Positions 51,601 to 61,107 of a DNA stretch of 64,000 nucleotides are shown in pieces. Source of the stretch: Azolla caroliniana (taxonomy: Eukaryota; Plantae; Polypodiophyta); assembly GCA_043228905.1 (NCBI GenBank), contig JBHGNT010000009.1:20398001-20462000 (forward strand). The letters are read 5' to 3'. The first letter of the stretch is position 1; every line of letters begins with the position of its first letter. The notes beneath the pieces are model-generated. The model worked only from the letters and a program-made list of their open reading frames with translations, was not told the DNA's origin and searched no databases. The translations under genes and the position numbers were made by a program.

Positions 51601-52263
51601 CAATTTCCTCTCTTTGCACTTGTGCAGATTGTGTTCTATGGAATCAAGCAAAATGTCGATTGTGCTGCCTATGCATTTGCAGCAACATTTAATCGAATCT
51701 CAAAGCTTTCTGCTGACTTTGTACCTACAAAGATGATGAAATCTGGTCAGGGTAAGGCTAATTCTAGTTCTTCTCAGAGTGTACATAGCAGAGTATCAAG
51801 AATGAGCTACAGAACTGGCCTTGTCGAGGGTTTGTTTGAGACAGTGAAAGCCTCAAAAAAGCAGCATCCCGAGACTAAGAAGAAATCTTGTGGTAGGAAA
51901 GAACAGAATGCTGAACTAGATTATACCAAGGGTTTAGAGAATAGAGAAGGCACAGGATGTGACAACTCTGAAGAAGAAACTTTTCCTTTGTGTAGTGAAG
52001 ATTCGGATGATGAGAATGTGAACAAGCCTCATAGCAGTTCAAAGGTATGGGAGAAAGAGAACGAAACTGCAATCACAGCTCTTGTGGTACACTCCAAGAA
52101 AGTTGCTGAAGATTTTCTCAAGGAAATGAAGGTGAAAGTGAGGACAAGAAAGCATAGCAATCCTATCATCTGGGATGGAGAAGCTTTTAGGAAAGGCAAG
52201 AAGGATTCAAAGACTATAGACATAGGGCAAAAAGCTCTCACAAGGAAAGCCAAGAGGGCTTGA
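48664..52263 (+). CDS. Tandem B-box zinc finger + low-complexity linker + DUF2786-type (with DUF7168-like C-terminal) protein; exons 48664-49993, 50734-50885, 51118-51306, 51628-52263
   Basis: B-boxes CAHC...C...CSPCSSSLHSKKARAHH and CDQC...CSLC...CAPCSSHLHSRKARSHH; spliced C-terminal half RIRKMLELGLHPDTPDFEAQQALKNAQRLLTKHNLQQADVL...WLYSLAQTVAEYFDTQYF...IVFYGIKQNVDCAAYAF...RMSYRTGLVEGL...DGEAFRKGKKDSKTIDI; phases consistent. The start may be one of the Mets at ~48700-48712. Confidence 0.8.
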
Positions 52264-53954
52264 ACATGATTCTTTTCAAATAGAAAATGAATTCAGATTG
52301 GGATTACTTGATGCATTCCCTATATGATATGGGATCACAGAGAAATGTAAGATCATTCAGCGTTTTGTATTGGATTTGTTTTTTGGTGTTTATGGAGGCT
52401 GTGTTTGTGCTAAGTTAATGCTCTCTTATGGGGTTTGTAAATATATATTGACGAATGCTGAGGTGATGCATTGCTAGCAAGACTACCATTGGAGGCTTGG
52501 TGCTTGTGCTAGGTTTGTAGATAATATATATTGGTGGATGCTGAGGTGATGCATTACTAGGAGCGAGATATTCTTAGTATCTGTACCAGATTGGGGATAT
52601 GTTGGGAGTCGTTGTATTGTGGATGGAGAACACATTGTTTATCGTGATGCTGGGTATTTATATATGCAATGGAAAAGATTGTTGAACATGGGGTGATTGT
52701 ATGCTGCATTGCTTGCATTTCACAAAGTTATGTGACATAACCATTAGGACCCCATATTCAATTCATGATGTTGTAAGGGTTTGAGTTTGTAAGCAAGATG
52801 CTCGTGCAATTGTTGTAGCAAATGTTTTATTAGTTGCAATGGACATTACCCACTTGATAGATGTCATTTGAAATTTGGTATTCATTCATGGGCATTATGA
52901 AAGATCTTATGGAGATTGATAAAGTATCATGTATGTAATATGCAAATAGCAAATATTAGTGTGACGTGTCTAATACAATTGTACCATTATAGGCTATAGG
53001 CAGGATCCAAAAGATGAACGACGAGTAAGTATAAGGCTGCTTCATTAAATGTGAATTGAGATTGATGAGTATGTTGATGGGATTTTATTATGAGAAGGAT
53101 GAATTGATGCAAAATTCATTTGGTAGCAATACTTGAAATGGTGATGCACTGCCATGAATATGATGATGATTCTCACACATGAATGAAGGTTACTCCCAAA
53201 TGCCCATTCTAGGAAATTAAGAACCACAATTTCGAAGCGAAAAATAAATAAATGGCATTGTATGTGAAAACTATCTAGCTAGTTATGCTTAATACTGTTG
53301 CTTGAGTAGCTATTAAATTGCGTGTGGAGAGTTGGAGAAAGCCAGCAAAGCCAATCAATGGCATGTGTGTCATTCATCCAACCATATAATTTTGCCTGGC
53401 ATCAATCAATGACATAACTCGAGGCCAGAATCAGATCGAAAGATGGTGTTTCAAAATATTTCGAGCAAATTACTTAATATTAGTATGTTGTTGGAACCAC
53501 GTTTTAATAGGTATCTTGATACTTGAAAGTTTATGATTCTAAAACATCTCAGCTAACTAAGCAAGTAGGTTATGCCTTCCATATCCATATTTAAACTTGA
53601 TTTCAAATAGATGTCTAAGAGTTTCATTACCTATCCCCCTCCCCTGCTTTCATCCATGAGAGCCCATGATCTGAATCTCTCGGGCAAATTTAAACTCTTG
53701 GGTTTTCTCCGATCCTGCGCACCCGTGCAGTCTCTGAGCTTATCCTTTTGCTTCAATTGGGAAGAACCCACAATCCATGTAAACGCAGATAGGTTCCCAT
53801 CCTCGGCGGTCTACTGATTCTTCACAATTCATGTATTAGATGATGAGATCCCAAACGATGAAACTTCCAATTAAATGAGATGATCCTTGACCTAGAGCCT
53901 TGGTGAAACCACGAGTACAACTTTCTGGCAAACTCTAGACTCAAGTACCTAACA

Positions 53955-55205
53955 ATGGAGCCTTCTTCTCCTAAGGTCGGGCCATGGCATGACCTGTCCC
54001 TCCCCTTAGCTATCCTTCTACGGGTTCTTCTTCAGCAAGATGCAGATTTAGCTTCTCTTACCCCTCAACTTGTTCAGATCAGAAGAGGTAATTCTTCACT
54101 GTCTCTTTCTTATGCTAAACTTAAAACTATCTAAGGCTTTCTTAACCACAATTGAGAGTGGTTCCCTTGTGGAAGCTATGTCGCCATCATCATCATCATC
54201 ACTAGCCACATATATCATTGCCACTATCATCATTACCATCATCATCCTCATTGTCTCATTCACTGATTGAAATTCTCTTGTGAAAAGAGTTAGTTGAAGA
54301 TTTTGAACAAAACTCAGCAGTATATCAATGCTTAGCACATTCTCTAGTGGAGTGTAACGGCATCCTCACAACAAAACCCAAGTTCTTGGAGCTCCTGAAG
54401 GAATTCAAAGAGGTATGTCTCAAATTTCTGTCAAAGTTTTGTAAGTTAAAAGACTTGCAGGTTTGGCTTTTCTTATAAAAGGAAGGTAAAAATAGAATGA
54501 AGCTAACTGCCAGTCTGGTCAGCACATCAGTTGATGTCATGTGTGAAGTATAGGTTACATGTTCAAGAACCCTTCTTTACACAGCTGAAAGGTATCTTCT
54601 TGCAATAAATATTTTGGTTTCTCGCAATATATCCTGGGCTCAAAGTTAGTTGTGAAATGCATGATACAAAATGCAGATGGTTCAAAGACAGTGGAGGGTA
54701 GATGTTCAATTGGTGCATACAATAGGTAATTTTTGCGATGTAGTATACAATTAAAGCTGAAAAATAATGTGAAATAGATCATGTGTAAGTTTATAAACCT
54801 GCTATGTGTTGATGAACAATTGGAACAATAATACCGGCCAACTAGGTAAAGTAGCTTAACCAGAGATTACTCCAGTGGTGCAAATCCAAAGCTTGTATTC
54901 ATTAGCAGTTTGACCTAGTAGTATGTACATAGATTATCCAATTGAACATTAATATGTCCATGCTAACGTTTCATATAATGAAAAAAAGCAGTCCATATCT
55001 ACCAACAAATTCTTGGGAGGAATGAAATTAAAGTGTATATATTGTATACAGGGAGGAATCCCAAATTGTTAGTGAACTAGTACTATAATATTGGCAAGCA
55101 TTGTATTTCCAACCTCAGAAATCATAGCAAATATGGACAAGAGGTGCTAGTGCTAGTTTTCCATAACATTGAAGTATTAGTGTTAGTGCTGATTACTCAA
55201 AAGTG

Positions 55206-55240
<35 letters not shown>

Positions 55241-57200
55241 TAGATAGATAGATAGATAGATAGACAGACAGATAGACATATGTATATGTATCCTATGAAG
55301 GACTGCCAATTCAACATGTTTTCTAATCATATGTGTTTGATCTGAAGTGCATGTCAATAATTTGATAACCATTTAGTTATAAATATGTTTTTTGCATATA
55401 TTAATAAATTGATAAATGATATAAACATGACAAGAACGAACTAAATCATTCTATGGAAGGGGTCAAAAGGCCACAGATATTGATGCCGTTATTCTGATGG
55501 ATGGTATGCAGCCTTGAGCCTGGAGATATCATACTTTTTAATGACACTTTGACTCGTATTGTCAAGGTATGGGTGCCAACAGTTTCGTAGTCCATTGTAT
55601 TCTTTAAAGATGGTTTCAATTATTTAAAGCAAGTTCCTCTACGTCATACATGGTGCGTACAGAAAAGATGTGGTGGTATCTTGCACTTGCTTTCTTTTAT
55701 AAGATCTTTAGAAACATGTAACATATTACCAAAAGAAAGTATATTTTTATGTACCTTATGAACATGACTGAGGCAATGACATACGTTTCCACATCTGTAC
55801 TCATATTGGTCTTTATTATAGGATGTTTTCTTTATAAGACGGAGCTAAATCATTTTTTATCATTTTAAAACAAGCTCGCTAAAAGTTTTCATTGAATCAT
55901 CATCACCTTGACTGGAAGCTGAAGTTTTTCTTAGAAAAAAATCTTAACAGATAAATATTTGTAGATGAAACTTAAAAGCGTTTTGAGGTAGTAGATGCAA
56001 CCTTAAAACCTAATAGTGGCCATCTCTTTGATGGATCACTCAGATACATGGAGACAACGGACTACAAAGGAAAGAGGTGTCAAACTAAAGATTCCTCTCA
56101 ATTGCAAGTGACTTTCAGCAACTAAATGAATACTTATGCACGAATTAAGAGCACCTGCCGTTTGTTATATAGATCAGAGATGATTAGAAAACAAAATCTA
56201 TTATTGGAGACATCTATTACATTAATCTCTTCATGATGGAGACACAAATATTTGTCTCTACATTATGGTGCTTTTTTTTTTCGATAGATGTGAAATATAA
56301 TTGTTTTTGCTCTCTCTGTTGATTGATGTATGTGCCTTACTATTGTTGAAGGTGCACTCTTTGCATGTAGGTTGTTATTCACTATAGCTCCTTTGAGGAA
56401 ATGCTGGAATCTGAAAGATTAGATGCAGTTCTTCCTGGTATCAACTCTGTTGCTGAAGGTATACAATCTGCAGTGACATTTCTAAATATTTATTGAACAT
56501 TTAGGCGTACTGGAATTAACTTTTCAGCATGACTTGATGGATTTAGGTGTATTGATATACCGACAATTCTACTCAGAAGAAAAGGAGAGCTTACAAGGCG
56601 TTATAGGTATCCATGTACTGTCTCCTCCCGAAGAAAAGCAACCACTTGCAATTGTTGGTAGCATGCTTCAGGTAATTGTTTCCTTACCTAAGATTGTCAT
56701 TTAGCTGATTTGGATTTCCCCAAAATAGCATGGGTTTCTCAACCCTTTTGTGAAATTTCCCGCTTATGTTATTTATAAAGGCTATAGAAATATTTAGAAT
56801 TTCTGCTAGATTTCTATAGATTCATGATATTTTATGTCTGCAAAAATAAAAACTCAATATTAGTCAAGAAAGTTTCCCAAACACTGGTTTGTGAGAATAA
56901 GACACTACACTCAGATTACTGCATGTTTAGATGTGATGCCACTATTAGGATAGAGTACATCCTTGCTTTTCTTATCATTTGGAAGAATTATCAAAATGCT
57001 TCTCAATATATGCATTATAGAATGAAATTGGTCAAAATTAAATGTCTTCTGTTATGGTGATCGTTATGAACGTTATCCTTTTCATTTATGTTGATAATGC
57101 AATTCTTCCTCACAAATATTTACTGGTGTCGCAGACAATTGGATTGAATGACTTGAAATCTTTGATACTGACTACTGTTGCAGTGGTTCCATCCACCTGA
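53955..57200 (+). CDS. ASCH (PUA-like) domain protein; exons 53955-54087, 54348-54412, 54531-54591, 54677-54725, 55512-55566, 56371-56458, 56547-56671, 57135-57200
   Basis: YRLHVQEPFFTQLKDGSKTVEGRCSIGAYNSLEPGDIILFN...HYSSFEEMLESERLDAVLPGINSVAEGVLIYRQFYSEEKESLQGVIGIHV contains the ASCH GxKxxExR motif; the first three exons are less certain. Confidence 0.85.
55207..55278. repeat. (AT)n(AGAT)n(AGAC)n compound microsatellite in an ASCH intron
   Basis: Directly visible. Confidence 0.9.
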
Positions 57201-58119
57201 TTTTGTGAACTTAGATTCAGGTAGATTAAGAGGAATGGTATATTCCTCCATATAGAATTTTAATGGATGACAAACTTAAAAATCAGGCAAAAGAGAAATC
57301 AAATAACATTGTATGCTAGAATGCTGTTTTGTAAATTGCATTTGAAGTAGTTATTCTCCTTGAATTGATTCTTTTATTGGGTCATTACTTTAGTTGTGTC
57401 TTTCACTTTCACTCTCTTGATCCTTGTCACTCAACAAAACAAGACCACTTTTAACCAGCGTCCTCACCACCAAGCCCTCTCCATCTTGGATTGGTCCATA
57501 TTGGGGATCTTCCATGAGAGAAAATACATGGCAATCTACTTGCATTGAGAAAATACATTTTAAAGTGCAGAAGTCCCACTTCATTACTCATCGACCTTGC
57601 TACGGAAGTGTTGTGATGGTCATCTCCATTGAGTACCTCATCATAGACCTATGGGATCAAGGAAAACTAGTATGTGATTCTTGCTAATGCAATGCCTTGA
57701 ATATCTTTGACAGAAACTAGCTAGTGTAATCTAACAAAATCTCAATCTGAATCATGGCATAATCTTAGTCCAATTATCCATGTAAGCAATGTTTGAGTCT
57801 CAATCATGGTTTAATTTGTCCAACCAAGTGTGGAAATGCAAATACTTATCCAATCCAACCATACTTCGGAGTAGTTACAACAAAGTAGCATGTAGGATTA
57901 GCAGCTTGCTGACACATTAATGACCAACCAATAATTTGAGAGAATGTAATTGGAGATGGGGGAAGTGTATTCAATGCAAACCACCCAAGGATATTCTATT
58001 TGCTATAATAGCGTTTTGTAAAGCATGAAATCAATAATGTCTTGGAACTCTATTTTCTTGATCTTGATCTTATTTGTTTTTATTTGTTAATGGCAATAAA
58101 TAATTAAGTGGTAGCAAAG

Positions 58120-59130
58120 TGTTGGGGGCACGATCTCTCTCCCCTTTTGTTTGGCTCTTTCGGGCGTCGGTGTTTGTTTGCTTGTCATCGGCCTTCGGAC
58201 CTCTTGTCCTGGGGCTGTGTTTGTGTCTGTGAGGCTCAACACTTGTTCACAAGCATGTGACACAACTGTTACAATCAATGGCATCATGACACCATGAAAA
58301 AGCCACTCGAGATCCATGAGGATTTGACACTGTGGCCAACATCATGGAAGTACAAGCTTCCACATGGCTTGTATCCAAAGAATCTTAATGAAGAGAATCA
58401 TCATGCCCGACACCCACGAACAAAAAATTCAATAATATAGAACGTGATTGGTAAAGTAAAAAGAAATTTGGGCAACATACAAGAAAGGTCATTGGATTGA
58501 CCCAATCCAAGTGTACTAATGGGAAGCAATTGTTAAGCGCTTGGACCGCATCATGATCGATCGTAAAGAAGGGTGTATTAACAAGGATGTTGTACAGTTA
58601 AGGGACCTACGAAGAGGAAATAATAAGAACCAAGCAAGGGAAAGGGAAGCCAATAGGCGGCCAAATGTGAAATGATCACATCCTTAATGTAAAAACTATA
58701 TAAACCACACTTTAGTGTCTTTGTAAAGGTTCTTCCATTTGTAAAGATCTCTATAGTGATTAAGAGCTCAAGCTTCCTCTCCTTTTCTTATAACCTTTTA
58801 AACTTACGAGAGATTAGTGATAGTATTTAGTAGAGAAACACTAATCTCTCTTCCTTGTTGGTGCTAGACCTCTTAGCAAGAGGGTTAATAAAGAAATTCC
58901 TTACGCCTATTGTCTGTGAGAGTGAGCGTGAGAGATTGAGAGAGATATTGTTCTAAATCATCGTTTAATTGTTAAATGAGTGTGAGGTTTGAAGGTGTTT
59001 GACAACCACCTTTGCTCGATTCGCCATCAAAAGACCATACTCCAGTCCAAGCTCCGTAAACGACATCGAGAAGGAATTAACTTTGTCGATACATAGATCC
59101 TACACATCTATTTGGTGCCACTGCCGGGGA
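58120..59130 (+). mobile_element. Probable Athila-like LTR with tRNA-Asp-type PBS
   Basis: TGGTGCCACTGCCGGGGA at 59113-59130 resembles the Athila PBS TGGCGCCGTTGCCGGGGA; it follows ...CCTACACA; TATA near 58697; candidate start TGTTGGGGG at 58120 (left boundary uncertain). Confidence 0.5.
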
Positions 59131-59548
59131 TAAGACCGACGCTTGAAGCCGACTTCGAGTGATCGAAAACTCGTTAGGCAAGCCACTTAACGAGGGAAGA
59201 GAACAAAGGATAACCATTGTTCTATTTTCATTAAAATCTTAACCATTTTACATTCCTACAAATATAGTTTCAAGCACCTAATTTTCTGTTTTTTCTTTAT
59301 TCTCCCCTTAATCTCCCGAACATTAGCAAACTAATTGTCTGATGATCACTAATTATTGTTGAGATATGACCCTTGTAGCGTAAGAGGAATTGGCGTGATT
59401 CACGTTGATACATAATCAAAGCGGTTGTACTTGAAACGGCCATTAGTGCCGAAATTTTCAATTTTTTTAAGTCTAACTCAAACAATCCACGAGTAGCAAT
59501 ACTCGATGTCATGAAGACATACATCTTGGCTTATCATGACATTCATCT

Positions 59549-59605
59549 TGGCGAACCAGGAATCGAACCCCTAACCTCTTGGTTTACATATTGTACTTTA
59601 ACCAT
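59549..59605 (-). other. tRNA-like fragment (tRNA pseudogene or tRNA-derived SINE head) cut by the gypsy LTR
   Basis: Minus strand ATGGTTAAAGTAC...AGAGGTTAGGGGTTCGATTCCTGGTTCGCCA: D-loop/A-box-like TGGTTAAAG, B-box GGTTCGATTCC and terminal CCA; the 5' ~14 nt are missing at the LTR junction. Confidence 0.55.
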
Positions 59606-59979
59606 TGTAATAACATATGTGAGATGTAATCATAATAATTATATGTTTAGTTATTACGAGATATTTAGAACATTCTAGATTATTCTAGAATGTTCTTGAA
59701 TATTTCATGATTATATTTATTATTATTATTATTCATAAATATCTAAAATATTCTAGAACATTCTAGAATACTCCATAAGGGCCTATAAATAAGAGTCCAT
59801 ACACTCATCACAACTCATTCGGTTCAAACTGTCGTGACTCTTGAGTAGGAAGCAGAGAGAGAGTGATGGCGATAGAGATAACGATAACGATAGAGATTGA
59901 ACCGAATATTTCTTTTCCCTTTCTCCAATAACCCTAGCAAGCTTTCTTCTTTATCCTTCTTTCTTTTTCCCCCGCGGTT

Positions 59980-61107
59980 ATGGAGTCGGTCAGCAAGCAA
60001 GAGTATATGCGTGTCCTTTCGGAGCTCGATATGCTCACCACTAAGTTTGTGGCATTAGAGCAAGAAAATCAAAGGCTACTCGGGGATCTTCAACAAGTCA
60101 GTACTGAGAAAGCTCATCAATATGAGGAGTTATCACAACGGGTTCATCAACTTGAGGCTACTATATTAACATTACGAGAACAAGCGGCGGGGGTTCAAAA
60201 CTCCCCAAGGGAACCAAAGATTAGCCTCCCTGCCAAGTTTGATGGTACCAGATCTCTCTTTCGAGGTTTCCTGAATCAAGTTCGTTTGGTGATTCAGTTA
60301 CATCCCAATCGGTATCCAACTGATGCTGCCCGTGTGGGATTAATAGGAACCTTGCTAAGCGGTACAGCGTTAGCATGGTTCGCACCACTTCTTGAGAAGA
60401 AATCACCATTACTGGAGGATTTCGAGGCATTCGTTAAGGAGTTTCAAGCTAGTTTTGGAGATACGGATAGCACTAGGACTGCAATAAACAAGATTCGAAG
60501 ACTCCGACAAGGAGATCGTCCCGCTTCAGCTTATGCCGCAGATTTCCGTCTCTTGGCATGCGACATCCCTTGGGATGAGGCAGCCTTAATGGATCAATTC
60601 CGTCAGGGTTTGCGTAACGATGTCAAAGATCTTCTTCTTACTTTCCATGAAGATCCAAAGTCTCTTACTGAAGCTATTAGCCGAGCTGTGCGATGTGATA
60701 ATCGCCTATTTGAGCGACGTTCTGAACGTCAACAAATGTTACGCCGCCAACCGGAACAGACATACGCTTCTATAGTCGCCACACCGCCACAAGGTTCTAG
60801 ACCCGTTACGAGGGATGGTCCCACTCCGATGGAAATAGAGTCGACACAACGTCGAGGGCCCTTATCAGATGCTGAGAAACAACGACGTCGGGCGCATCGC
60901 CTATGCCTCTACTGTGGTGGTCCAGGACATATAGCTGTGAATTGTCCACATAAACCCAGGCGTCAAGTTTACCAAGTAAGTGCACATGACAACCCTACAT
61001 CAAGTTCTACTATCACTTCTAATAACTTAAGTACTAAGCCTAATAGCCCATGCCATGAGAATAGATTTGATGTCTTGAGCCAATTAGAGGATGTGTTAAA
61101 CGAATAA
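59980..61107 (+). CDS. gag: Gag (PEG10/RTL-like capsid, CCHC zinc knuckle)
   Basis: EPKISLPAKFDGTRSLFRGFLNQ, LRQGDRPASAYAADFR, GPTPMEI, CLYCGGPGHIAVNC. Confidence 0.93.
   Translation: MESVSKQEYMRVLSELDMLTTKFVALEQENQRLLGDLQQVSTEKAHQYEELSQRVHQLEATILTLREQAAGVQNSPREPKISLPAKFDGTRSLFRGFLNQVRLVIQLHPNRYPTDAARVGLIGTLLSGTALAWFAPLLEKKSPLLEDFEAFVKEFQASFGDTDSTRTAINKIRRLRQGDRPASAYAADFRLLACDIPWDEAALMDQFRQGLRNDVKDLLLTFHEDPKSLTEAISRAVRCDNRLFERRSERQQMLRRQPEQTYASIVATPPQGSRPVTRDGPTPMEIESTQRRGPLSDAEKQRRRAHRLCLYCGGPGHIAVNCPHKPRRQVYQVSAHDNPTSSSTITSNNLSTKPNSPCHENRFDVLSQLEDVLNE

Noticed and set aside
53611-54338. Apparent minus-strand pseudogene/ORF 54096-54338
   Set aside because: Many stops and no motif; the region is better explained by the + strand first exon and intron of the ASCH gene and an (ATC)n tract.
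57390-58080. Short ORFs downstream of the ASCH gene
   Set aside because: No supportable domain or splice model; probably decayed repeat.
59549-59605. Functional tRNA gene
   Set aside because: The 5' end is missing and no convincing anticodon arm can be folded.
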